Made by a program: the position numbers and the translations under genes. A stretch of 64,000 nucleotides of DNA from Sphagnum compactum (lineage: Eukaryota): NCBI GenBank assembly GCA_965153455.1, contig OZ234493.1, forward strand, positions 14,746,213 through 14,810,212, read 5' to 3'. Of the stretch, positions 39,240 to 51,616 are shown one piece after another. Every line of letters begins with the position of its first letter. Positions within the stretch are counted from its first letter, which is position 1. The notes below the pieces were generated by a model that saw only the letters and a program-made list of their open reading frames with translations, was not told the origin of the DNA and did not search any database.

Positions 39240-41568
39240 CCCCCCTCCCCCTCCGCCCCCACCACGCAGTTGCGCTTTGTGGGGGGGGGGGGAGGAGGGG
39301 CTTTTTTTGGCTATGGCGTTTTTGTGTGTTATGTTTTTTCTCAGCTCTTGCTTTCGCCCGTGCTTTCGTCGCTTCTCTTTGCGTGTTGCTGCGTTTTCCT
39401 CGCTCGCTCGTCCTCTCGCTGCTTTGTTTGTTTGATTTTCTTTGTGTTACACTACTACTGCGTTTTCATCGCTGAAAAAAAGTACTCGTGTCTTGCGCTT
39501 GTTTCCGTCGCTGCCGGACTTGGTTTTGGTGCGCTCTTTTGTTACGTTGTGCAGAGCCTCAGAGCTCGAAAGGCTGTACTTTCGCTGCAGATGAAACGTA
39601 GACGACTTTCGTGAAGAAATGCTCTAGTGCACAGTGTTGTGTCGGGCACCGAGTCCTTCATGCCGGAGGGAAGGAGGGAGCGAGGGAGTCAGCCAGGAAG
39701 AGGAGAACTAGCGTGTTGATGAACTCGTGATTGAGGACTTCCGGCGAGAATAAACCTGTTTAGCCGGTGCAATGGTTGGTACATCATGAGCTTCTCCTGG
39801 TGGTCCTCTTAGATCGGAACGACAACAGTGCGTCGATAAGCAGGGATGATATTCTTGACTTGTTCATCAAGCAAGCAAGCAAGCAGCCGCTAGCTTTCGG
39901 TCCGAGACTTGGTTGATCCATCTCTGAGCAGCCTGGTAGAAATGACGTTGCCTCATGAATGTATCCGGAACGTCCTGGCGCCGTTGTGCAAACACCAAGT
40001 TAGCGACCTTGCCGGCAGTAGCAGCAGCTTTGAACAGTAGTTAGATTTCGTTCCCCAGAGTAGTAGCTGCTGCAGTCTCTGACTAGTCTGTTTCTCTGTC
40101 TGTCTGTGCGTCCTCGAGCTCTCTTCGCGAGTCCATAGAGCCGGGGGACTCGAAGACGTTTCAGGGAATTTGGTTTTTGTTGCAACGCAGTTGTAGCTCT
40201 GACCAGATGCAGCAGTGATATCTCTGACCTCTCTCTCTCGATCTCTCTCTTCGCGCATTCAAGTAATATCATTACTCTTACTTGCCTCACAACCTCGGGA
40301 AATATCATGCTGTGCGTCGCCCCAACTGAGTTTTGTCCTTGACTAAAGGCGGGGTTTGCTTGCTCCGGAAGCAGGTGTTCAAATCCGTCACGGATTGCTT
40401 GTCGTTCACGCTTCTGGCCCACAACGGAAGAAGAAGCACATGAAGGGAAAGCACAAGGCTTCATGAATGCACGCACAAGGGATTCAGCATGCATGACAAC
40501 TTCCTTTCTTTCTACTAATTCGTGTACAAATATGTTTTGATCCCATGCATGTTGGAACAACAAGCATTTCCTACTGTTCGGCCTCTGAGGCGTGCACAAG
40601 GTTTTGTTTCTTCCGCCTCACATCACCTGAGAAACACACGTCAAAAGCTGCATACTTGAAACTCCTGGAAACGGAATGCTCATCTTGTCTCAGACTGCTG
40701 CAACTGCTCTCGATCAAGACCCAATAAGGATGATGCCTGCAAGCTGCTCGATGTATACGGATTCTTCTGGAGACGCTAGCTAGCTCTCGACATGAGACAG
40801 CAGAGACTTCCGATCAGAAGATGATGCTGCTGCTAGGCTTGAAGCGCGAACTTCAGTGACATGAGTTGATGAGGAGGAGATCGTGTTCGATATTGCAGTT
40901 TCAGGAACAAGATTGCTGAAGATTGAAGCTTTTGTTCGACAGGCAGGTTGATCCAGACTTGAAACAACTTACATGTAGACACCACGCTTTCTGCACAAGC
41001 TAGCATCCGTCTCGCTTCAACCCATTGCTGTTTCATGGGCTCGAACATCCATTTGCCGCAGCGTTAAGTACACTCTTCGTCTCTGGGACCCGGAGAGATC
41101 CCGAACTGTGGAGCATTAGACTTGACTTTCTGAACGGAGCAGGCTCGATCTAAATTTAGAACAACAAGTTTCATGATCGAGGCAGCCCTAGCACCAGCAC
41201 TAGTTTATCTGTTGCTGCACTTCTTCATGTGAATGTCTGTTGAGGAGCCACTGCCTGCACGTGGGTTCTTGACAAAGCTCGACCTTCCTTTGTGTCCACC
41301 TGCAGGTTAGTTTCCAAAGCTGGTCCTGAGTGACTCCTGACGCGCTTGATCCGGCAATTCTCAAGGGGCTGCAAGGAGCGGGACCGCGAGCGTGAGAAAC
41401 ACTGACGATGGCGGTGCCAGGCAGCTTGGGGTCGATGAACTCGCTTCATACAAACATTCTTGGATCACGGCGGCCAGACAAGTCTCCGGCTCAAAGCTGG
41501 TGATACGATCGGTGGCTAAAGCTCTTACTTCTGCTCTAGAAGTCTGCTGCTTTGCTGGCTGCGCGAGA
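39240..41568 (+). promoter_or_regulatory. CpG-rich promoter and probable long 5' leader of the GARP gene
   Basis: Abrupt change at ~39230 from AT-rich TE debris to CpG-retaining, pyrimidine-rich sequence continuing to the ATG. Contains CT repeats (~40228-40250) and several short ATG-initiated ORFs. TSS not determinable. Confidence 0.55.
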
Positions 41569-44500
41569 ATGCAGCCAAGCGAAGAGCACAGACTTAATGG
41601 TAGCGACGACGAAAAGCTGGTGTCGGGCCAGTACGGAAACCAGCTGCGAAAGAGGCCGCGTGCAGCAGCTTCGTTGAGCGACGAAGATTATGATGAGTAT
41701 GGAGTTGAACAATCATCAGAGAGCCACAACACAGCCACAGCAGGTGGAAGAAGCAGCTCCCCAGCTGCCACCACAGCGAATCGCGGCTCCTATACTACTA
41801 GTGCGGCAGGAGGAGGAGCAGGAGGAGAAGGAGCTAGCTGCAGACCTACTGCAGGCGGAGGAACAGTGCGGCAGTACTTGCGCTCAAAAATGCCTCGCTT
41901 ACGCTGGACAGCTGACCTTCACCATTGCTTTGTTCATGCCGTGGAGCGTCTTGGTGGCCAAGAAAGTGAGCTCGCACATAGTCTACAGTCTTAGCTGCAG
42001 CAGCATCTCTCACGAGTTCTAGATCTCCTGCACCGTCTTGAGAATGTGTTGTGCAGTCTCGGTCGATCCTTCATGATATTCCTGATCGTTCTCGGTCCTA
42101 AGTTGTCTGGGTCGATCTGTCTTTCACGTTTCACACTCAAGGATATTATCTATCGATCTTTTCGTGTTTCCTGGTGAATCTTGAATCCTAGCTAGCTAGC
42201 TGCTTGGTGGAATCCAGCAGTTGCCCGCAGCTAGCTCCCTACGGTGCCATAGTTTGTCGAGAGAGAAAAGTCCTTACCGCGACCCAAGTCCATCAACTAG
42301 AGCTCTGAATTGGGTCGAATGGTTCTGCCTCTATATTCCTGATCCTGAATCATGATCCAATGGTTGCACTAAAGAAATGTTCTGTACGCACAAGAAGTAG
42401 TTCAGAAACTATTGAGATCTCATATTCATGCCCTGCAGCAGATCAGGACAGTGCAATTGACCTCTTGCACGTTCGTTTGGCTGCCACTGCAGGAGCAACA
42501 CCCAAGTTGGTGCTACAGCTCATGGAAGTCAAGGGTCTCACCATCGCTCATGTCAAGAGTCATCTCCAGGTGAATCTCATCATGTTGTACATGGACCTCT
42601 GCACTGCACTGCACTGCACTGCACTGCTCATCATGCATTCCTGCAGGTGCAACAGATCATCGCTCACCCATGATCTGCAGATGCATCATGTACATATGGT
42701 TTCTTTCTGCACATTCAATGCTTGTTGGGTCTTCTTCAACAGAACCATATTGCAGATCAATTCCCAATGCTGAAATACAGGAAAGAATCAAAGAATGTAC
42801 ATACGTCCAGTTTCAGAGGCCAGCTGATGTGAAGTTGGCATGGCCTTCTTGTGACGTTTCTCGCAGATGTACAGGAGTATGAAGAACGACGAAAACGTCG
42901 CACAAAGTACTGGTATGCCCAGCTTCATCTGGAATATTACGCTAGAGTTCCACAAGTTTGTCTGAGAGAAGCTTGTACAGTTATATCCCAAATTAGGCGA
43001 TCTCGAAGCAGATTTGCCATGTCCAGAGATTGTTTTGAAATGCAGTTCCAGCTGAAGCTCTTGCCTGCAGGCTCATGAAAGAAGTTGGACGGACCATGAC
43101 ACTTGAATTCACTGATGTGTGGACCTTTCACTACAAGAGAAAATGGTTTTTCTGAGTTGCTTGACAAAACTTGTCGTAATTGTACAGGAGGTCGATTGCC
43201 TGCTGCAACGCATGATGATGATCTTGAAGGTCGATTCGAGTTCCAAGACACTTCTTTGGACGGAACCCATGCTCATGTGCAAGTTCTGAATCAGACTGCG
43301 AGAGTACGGTTCCCAGTTGGGGATCATGCAGCTTCGGCAAACAGCTGCCTTCCTGCTGCAGGAGTCTTTCAATCTGAGACAGATCATTTTGGTGGCAGCG
43401 CGCAGTACCGTTTTTTGCACAACTTTCTGCAGCGCCATCATCCTCCTGCGGCTGCTGCTGGGTTAGTGCAGAAATCTGGTTTCCACGAGCTCGACCAGCA
43501 GTTGTCAATGTCCAGCTTGAGGTAATGATGATCAATGTTCTCACATGATGCAATTGAAAAACAAAAAAGGTTGAAGTTACAATGCAAAATGAGAATCAGA
43601 TAATCTGAGCTGCTGCTGCAATCCACTTGCTGAGAGAGGATCTTCCGCGGCTCAAGAACAACTTGTACTGCTGTCTCTCTCATGTGCAGGCACGATGGAC
43701 ATGGAGAATCATGGGTACCCCGATCACCAGCCGCAGTGGCGACGACAGGGATCCAAAAGGCCACAGGTACCGGATTTCGAAACTGGTCAACTCATCACAG
43801 CGGCGAAGAAAAACGCGATACAACAATGCAGCAGCTGGAGTGGGCTAGATCAGTTGGGGATCATCAAGCTACAGTAACTAATAAGGCGGGTGATGCAGTA
43901 ACTGCAGGAATCACGTTGCCTGCAGGTCACTCTATAGATCATCTCCGAACAAAACTAGATGAGTGGTCTAGAAGAGGTTCATCGCCTGCAGCACAGCTAC
44001 TGCCGGCGGAGTCATGGGATCAGACACGACAACCGCGGCTGCACCAGCAGCAGCTGGTCATGACCGAATCAGGTAGCTGGGCAATATTTCCACACGCAAC
44101 CCCAACTGCAGAAACCCATGAAACCTATTCAATTGTTGCATGGAGTAGGAGGATAGAGACTGAACATCGTCCTGTAGCAATAACTCGGACATGCATCAGG
44201 GATGATTCTCAAGATCTTGTGCTGGTGTGCAAGATATATACTGGAGCAGTTATTGCTTTCTGATTGTCATGATCGTTTGACGGATGATTCTGCATGTGGT
44301 CGGTGCAGGAGGACGTATGCATTCTCTGCTGCTGCCACAACACGAGAGCATCATGCTGCAGCAGCTTCCGGCTCTTGGCCACCCACCAGAGGGATCAGAC
44401 TCGTTGAAGAAGCTGCAGCTGATGCATGAGAGCGAGTGGGAGAGATGGGGATCGGAGCATGAAGTGGTAGGAATGGATCAAGAATGGGGGCCCAAGATTA

Positions 44501-45394
44501 CGTCGCTCGCTCATCACTGTGGTGGCGCTCCAGCTCATGCAACGGCGAGTACAGCATCATCGATGGCGTCTCCTCTGACTCATTTCAGACAGCTGCTAGA
44601 TAACAGTTGCTGCGGATCTTCCAACGTGCAGGAAGAAGAAGAACCGCGAGGCTGGGGTCGTGGTGAACCTGCAGCAGCAGGAGGAGGAGCTGAAGCTGAA
44701 GGTGTTATCATTAGTGGCTCGCACATGTCGGAGGTCCAACGAAAGCTTGCTCTTGCTCACTCTCAGGTGGGTGGGTAGAAATCACAACAGCTCCTTCAAG
44801 ACTCTACAGCTGCATCCATTTCCTTTGTTCCTCTAGACAATTTGTTGAAGCATCTGATTCTTTGCAAGCTCCTGAATCTTACGCCCAACCTTGTCGGGTC
44901 CCTGGCTTGCAACTGATTGACTGCAGAAAGTCAGCATGGAAAAGCAAACTTCAGGAGAATATCATGGAGAGAATCCACTGCCAATTCGACCTTGCGCATT
45001 GCTTCTGCAACCGACCTCCAAGATATCATCGACGTTGGAGCCTGGAGGAAGATTTTTGAAACAAGCTGGAGCTCGTAGACAGTCTTGTACAGATGATGAT
45101 GATGAGCAGCGAGGAGGAGACATGAACCTGCAGCTGCAACTGGACAGTACTACTACCTGCTGCAGTCTCTCTCTTTCTCCATACAGCAGCTCCCGTACCA
45201 AGAGCTACTCACCGCCATATTCTTGGATGACCAGATCCTCCCTCAGCTTTATACCGCCGGGAATGAACGACGACATTTCAGATGGGCTGTCGTTGCAGCA
45301 GCAGCAGCAGCAGCAACAGAGCGAGAGTACTATTCTAGACATCCCTCCAAAGGGGATCACACTAGACCTCACTATGTCCATCGGTGGACCATGA
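41569..45394 (+). CDS. GARP/G2-like MYB-related transcription factor (SHLQMY type; RQYxRSKMPRLRWT subclade related to Arabidopsis At2g38300/At2g40260/At1g14600), ~720 aa, 7 exons
   Basis: Spliced GARP domain VRQYLRSKMPRLRWTADLHHCFVHAVERLGGQE|RATPKLVLQLMEVKGLTIAHVKSHLQ|MYRSMK. Exons with GT-AG borders and consistent phases: 41569-41965, 42493-42569 (77 bp), 42867-42912, 43188-43521, 43690-44072, 44309-44766, 44927-45394. Total 2163 nt = 720 aa + stop. Exons 4-7 rest on phase, ORF continuity and splice consensus rather than recognised homology. Confidence 0.92.
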
Positions 45395-48300
45395 GATCTC
45401 TCATCCAGGAAACCCTTCTAACCCAGCTCCATGCAGTTCTCGAGCATCTCAGGGTTACACACCCAACAACTCCTTCCTGCAGTACCAAGAGTAGAAGGAA
45501 TTACTTTCTCTCAAGCGCGCTTGAACATCATGAAATCCTCAAGACAAAAAGGACCGACCCAAGTTCATGGATCATGCATGATCTGTGGCAGCATAATTTC
45601 ATGACACTAGTTCTGAAACAACTTTTTTTTATTTTTGGTAGATTGACACTGTACATCATGTTAGGTTGAAGAATTTCTGCACAGCCTGAGCCAACAACAT
45701 TTGTACAGATAGCAGCAAACTGTAGATCAACTGCAAGCATGGAGTTCCTCCTCCCAGATCATGCTAAATTATTCGGAGCTCTTGTAGGAAGAAACATGCT
45801 TACAGCTGTAGTCCTTCAAGGACAGATCATACTGAGCCTAGGGTTCTGAAACTGTAAAGATTCAACAAGGAAGTACATGTGCTCTAGAGATCATTTGACA
45901 AGTTACGAAAGGAACAACTCCAATTGATAGTCTGTTGGGAGCTGATCTGCAACACATGTATGGCTAGCAGCTTCAGATCATGACTGCACACTCCAACCGT
46001 CTTCTTACTCCATGGAAGTGAGATCATTTAGCCTATCAATGCCCAACTCAGTTAGTCATTGAACACTCAAGTGTCTTGGACATTCCATTGTGACCTAGAG
46101 GAAGGTTTCTGTAGAAATTATCATGTGAGTCCTCTTTCTTTCCTGTGTCTCTCAGGGGAACTTGGAAGCAGATGACCATGGTTCTCAGAATCATGCACAG
46201 CAGACATTGGAAAGACATTGTTCAACACAATTTTATTTTTACACTCTTTTGTATGAAATTAATCTGATCATGAATTCCCCAGGTTCCATCTTTTCTGAAG
46301 CTCACTGTAATCTGTGCACAAGCTTACATTCCTTCTTTCTGTAAATTCTCCGTGTATTCATTCCTAGACAGTAGTTCTCTGGAAGATAAGAAGATGTTAG
46401 AGTATTGTGAAATCTTGTCAGTCTTCTGGAACATTTATCATGCAGATTCATCTGCAACTTTTTTTGTTCTGGGTGTTTTGTGGCAGCCAGCTGGCCAGTC
46501 CTGTTTTCAAATTTAGTTGCAGTATTTACTTTTGTTTTGTGTCTCTGGGTTTGATCTCAATTACCCATTTCTCAATTTGCAACAGAAATTTATAGTCAAG
46601 TCTAACTGTAAGAGGTGGTCAATTCATCAGTTATAGGCACTAACATTTTGCACAGTTTAAGCTTTAAGCACGAGTTTGAAGACCTAGAAGAATGCATCCA
46701 TGGAAAGTGTAAAATTGCTTGTATGAATCTATCCAAGAGCTTGTCAACAGGAAAAGTGTGCTAGGAATCATGATGCAACCATGTCATCATCATCATCATG
46801 CATGAGGCACCAGGCTCTAATTTCTGCTGCTGCTCAGCTTTTAATCAGTCCTTAATTCAACGGAAGCTTTTGAAAGGAATAAACCCAGTGTGTGGACATG
46901 GAGATCTTGTATCTAGAGCTGATACTGCTAGACTTGTGTTGCTGTTTCTGCTGCTGCTGCTGCTGCAGCCTTGAAAGTAAAGATACAAGAGTTGGGTAAT
47001 TTCCAAAACGTAGGTGAAAGCAATTTCCCTTACATATGTATCTTTAGTCCAACAATTCAATGAACAAAAGACTTTCATGCTTGCTTACTTTTAGGTCTTA
47101 TATTTTCATGACGAATTCCAAGCAGCTTATCTAAGGAATTAGTTGCACTCTATACTTTTTTGGCATATCATTTAGAAAAAATTGGCAATCATGTCTTTCC
47201 AGGAATGAGCTTCGGAAGTGATTTCATAGTAATTTTTTACACTTAGAGAAACTTAAGGATTTACAAACATTTTGAACTTGGCTTTGAGTCTTTTTTTCTT
47301 TTAAGTTCCAAATAATTACTAGGAGAAAAAGTACTCAGTTAAATCACAAAATATATTTTTTAATGCACATGATGACTCATGAGAAGTGGTTTGAGTTGAC
47401 CAAAAGTATGGGTCTCTTAGTTTAGTACCCTAAAATATTGGTGCTTTTGTACCCTTTTCATCAAGTTTTGCAACTGAATTCGGCACCTCTAGTGTAAGTA
47501 CATTAGACAATTTGTGTTTGTTGTAGTACTTAGCACACAACAAAACAAACTATGAGACATTGATTACAGATCAGCTTGTGTAAGTAGTCAGTACTCTCTG
47601 GGTGAAATTTAGGAAATCAGAGGGCTAAGGACTGCACAATTTGAGCATCTTGCTCCATAAATCCTCTGTAATCCAAAGATGAATGATTTTCTTCAGGTCA
47701 CGCACATTGCCTTCAAAGAAACAGTTGATGGTGGGTAGTAAAAGTGGGTGTAGACGGTGAGTGTGAAAAACCCAAATCGAGAATTCCAAGAGCTGTATTG
47801 GTGAGGGTAATTCCCTTGTGACATCATTTAGAAAAATTGTGAGGGAAATCAAAGTCGATGTTCACATGTATATGTATTGTTGTTGATTATTGAACAACTT
47901 GTGTTTTTAATAAGGCAATTCTAGACCTTTTTCAGTTGGTACAAATTGGGTATCAAAATTGGACATTGTCTCCAGGGAAATAACTTGCATACTATTTTAG
48001 ATGCGATAAACACCAGTAGAGCCTCATACATATATATAGAGTGTGGGTGTATCAGGCTCTTAAGGTCACCAGACCTGGCAAATTTTGTGCCCGGAATTTG
48101 GCATCCCAACCATGAGTGATAACCCATCATGATAATATTGCATTGTTGCCAAAGAGCTGATCATTCTATCATGATTATTTTGTTCAGGTCTTACAATTGC
48201 CCAGCAGAATCTGCGTGATTCCCGAATTGAATGACTTCCTTGATTTATGATGTGTGAAGTATTGCCATAATTTATGATTAGTATTTTATTTTTGCCAATT

Positions 48301-48823
48301 CTCTACTTTGATACCCAAGGACCCAAACTAACCCCAAGATACCATGATATAAGCCTTCAGGATCTCTCACTTGGGGTCATTTGGGTCACTAATGTCATTT
48401 CAAAATAATTTTGTTGTGGTTGTTGCATTCAAAGTTCACAACATTTCTTTTTTAGAGAGATGGGCCCGCAACTGAAAAACACAAGTTTCAAAACTTTGGA
48501 GACTCCCACCCGGTAGAAATGATATGAGCCCTTTCCATGTGGCCAAGTTATGTAGGCTAAAAAGAGTAGGACTAAGGGACACATGTGAAACAAATTGAGA
48601 ACAATATTACCAACCATTATTGGGAACATGTGAGGGAACCAAATTAAACTCCCTAGCCCAAAAAAACTTGTTCAGCATCCCTTTTTGCCCAGGTTAAATG
48701 CTTAATTGGTAAATTAAAAAATAACCCTTCTGGTTTATTTGGCTCCTTTGACCACTGAATTCTATGGAAATGAGAGGGAGAAGAAACAAAAGTGCATGTA
48801 ATGGCCCAATGGGGGTAAAGTGG

Positions 48824-49128
48824 CAGTGTTTTTGTTTTTAGCAAATTCTCACCCTTTGACTGAAAATTTTCAAAATGGTGAAAAAAGAGGGCTTTTCAGG
48901 TTTTATAGTCGCCAAATTTTGAAAGTAAAAAATACTAATAATAATAATAATAAATTCAACAGATTCTACATTAAGCTCAAATATATTAGCAAAAAAATAT
49001 AGGAAATTTTCTTAAGAATTTTATTTTCATATTTTGTCTATAGCCAGATCTGGCTAAACTGTTATGTATGATAACTACTTCAGCAAACATCACAAATTTG
49101 AGGGGGAGGAAAAAAAATTTTAAACCAG
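48824..49128. mobile_element. hAT-type MITE (same family)
   Basis: CAGTGTTTTT start and TAGCCAGATCTGGCTA core; flanks TAAAGTGG/TGAGGTGG (6/8). Right end is degenerate. Confidence 0.65.
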
Positions 49129-49548
49129 TGAGGTGGGTACAAGTACTTTACAGAAATGACATCAATTTTGCATTTGATGACCTTAGAACTGCTGAATCAT
49201 TGACAAATAATTGGGTTGAAGAAGATGATCTTATCACTTGCAACAACACAAGTGATAAAAAAGGCTCTGCACCCACCATACTTTTTTGAGGACTTTCTCT
49301 GGTCTCAAAAAAGCTTGGATGTGGCCAAAGTCTTTGCCATAAGGTGGGTAGGCGGGGGAGGGAGTGGGCAACTATGACTTTTAGTGCAGAAGAATTGAAG
49401 ATGACTCCAGTGCAGAAGCTCCTGTGGGCCATTGCAATGTTGACATTCTTTGCAGCTAATTTGTACGAATCAACTGACACAATATAATATTTTGCAACAG
49501 AAACCCAAACTGAGTTGAAATTAGGTTTCACCCTTCATAACCGATGAT

Positions 49549-49846
49549 CAGGGTTTTTCTCTCTTTTTTGTTTCCCAATTTTGTGATGTAGCTGAAGTGG
49601 CAATCTTGGTCCATAAGATGACTTAGCCAGATTTTGCTACGTACTAGATATGAAAGTAGAAAAACCAGAATCCTTCTATATTCTTGTCTACCTACTGGAA
49701 CTTATCATAAAAATCTGGCAATTTGGAAATTTTATTTTCGAAATCGGCCAAAGTTGGGTCATTTTTTTACATGACAAAACCTTTTCTAGAGAACCATATT
49801 TTTCAGGTTAAATTTTGGCAAAATTTCACCCAAAAAAAAGGCACTG
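49549..49846. mobile_element. hAT-type MITE (same family)
   Basis: CAGGGTTTTT...AAAAGGCACTG ends; 8-bp TSD CCGATGAT/CCCATGAT. Confidence 0.82.
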
Positions 49847-49937
49847 CCCATGATCCATCCTGTTCTAAATAATTCATGTAGGCACGTACATTACCTAGGT
49901 ACAACAATAGGTGGTGGGCTACAAGGTAAGCATTTAC

Positions 49938-50192
49938 CAGTGTTGAGTGGTTCTTTGAATTTTTTAAGAACCGTCGGTTTCAGTTATTCGAAAACCTCCA
50001 AGAACCACAGTTTTCATGAGAGAACCATCAATGGTTCTCTGGCAGGTTCTTTTGACTTTTAAAATTTTTGAGAACCTAATACCAAAACCGGTTCTTTAAA
50101 AAATTGATGACCAGCAGGTAAGTGGGTATATATACCCAGTTTGATAACCGATGAGAATCTGTTGCTCTCGTTCTAAGAACCGCCAAGCACTG
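49938..50192. mobile_element. hAT-type MITE, second family (AGAACC/GGTTCT subterminal repeats)
   Basis: TIR CAGTGTTGAGTGGTTCTT / AAGAACCGCCAAGCACTG; TSD GCATTTAC/GTTTTTAC. Related fragments at ~980-1140 and ~19370-19520. Confidence 0.8.
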
Positions 50193-50911
50193 GTTTTTAC
50201 ATGTAGATAACAGTACACGGGTAAGGGCTACTAGGTTGCTAGTAGGTAGGTACAAAAATTGTAAATGAGCTAGCCTTCATGGTGGTTAGCTAGAGAACTG
50301 AAACCTAATGGAAAAATGCATCCTGTGCACCCAACCATCCATCCCTCATGGTGACCCGGTGACTTGTTGGGTCACTCTGGCCTATGATTTGAAGTCGAGC
50401 TCTTTACTATAACATCCCAACAGCCCGATCGCTTCTTAATTCCTTGTCTTTCAATTTGTGGTGATCAAGTTTCATGCTGTTTGGGTGGTGCTCAATTTTG
50501 GTGTTGTTCAGGTTGTCCCTCTGTGTCTGTCCCACATGATAACATGAAAGTCCTTTCTTTAAGGTCTTGAAATGTAACTTAAAAGACTGTGAGAGTGGTT
50601 TGTTTGTTTGTTTGTTTGACAAGGCTTCTTGGAAGAAATGCTACATGTGCTTGTTTTTGAAAGAAAAGACGACTAAATTGGTACCTTGAACAGTAGTACA
50701 ATGGCACTCCACAGTCCTGGTCATTTGAAACTCGTGCATACCTTCTTCTTAGCATCATCATTTGTACATTTCCTAGGGCTTTTAGCTAATTGCAACGAAA
50801 CCATGAGACAAGGTACTTCAACTAAATTTTCTATGCACTTTCACTAATCTTCTTTACTATGTGGTGTAATTAATAGCGTGTTGAGAAATTGCAGCAGCAA
50901 AAGCTATTTGT

Positions 50912-51024
50912 GTAGGGCAAAAGCCCAAGGCCGGGGACATTCCCACCATACACAGCCCCAGGGTGGGGGCATTCCAAAAAGTATTGTGGGAATGTCCCCA
51001 CCCTTGGGCTTCCCCCCTCGTACA
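50912..51024. mobile_element. Miniature foldback element with 31-bp stem (possibly mariner-derived)
   Basis: 50921-50951 pairs with 50981-51011 (28/31). The right end reads TACGAGGGG on the minus strand. Confidence 0.6.
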
Positions 51025-51616
51025 GCACAAGACTAAGCTTCTCATGAACCTTAGACATTAAGTAGATCACAAGTCATAGGAGGGGGAGAGAAAATACACA
51101 CTTTCCTTAAGACTGAGAAGAGACCTTATTAATTTTGACGATGCATAAGTACGCATAATTCATGGATATAAGGTGCCCTCCAAAGACACTACAAGCTTTC
51201 TAAGAGTGCTTTAAATCATTAAAAGTCTGATAGCTCAAAAAATTGCCTTTTGGAATGTGAGAAATCTTGTTTCTTTTGGGTTTTAACGTAGAAGTGGCTC
51301 TTGGCAACTCCTTGAATTGTACATTGTGAAGGACACCACCACTCCAAGTTCATAGTGTGCCACAACAGAAGTCCATCTAGAGCATCATGCCCTGAAAGAG
51401 GTCATATCTTCCCACAACACCACAAACAATTAAGGTTGCATACATGAATATATACGAATTGAAAAATGTCATTTACACCTTTGTGAAACTTGTACATGGG
51501 TCATACAATATATGAATTCTAATAAAGCCTATTTCATTCTTCTTGGCCAATATCTGAGTTTGGTACTCAACCTTGTACTCTCATTTGAGACAAAATTGCA
51601 GAAGCCCAATTTGGGT

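Noticed and set aside
40000..40599. 199-aa minus-strand ORF antisense to the GARP leader
   Set aside because: Non-ATG start and no recognisable domain; expected by chance in GC-richer leader DNA.
41878..42890. Calling the GARP gene KANADI or GLK
   Set aside because: It shares SHLQMY with KANADI but has RQYLRSKMPRLRWT rather than RAPRMRWT, and lacks the GLK GCT box; no symbol assigned.
49148..49531. 127-aa minus-strand ORF between two MITEs
   Set aside because: No ATG-supported model, splice context or recognisable homology.
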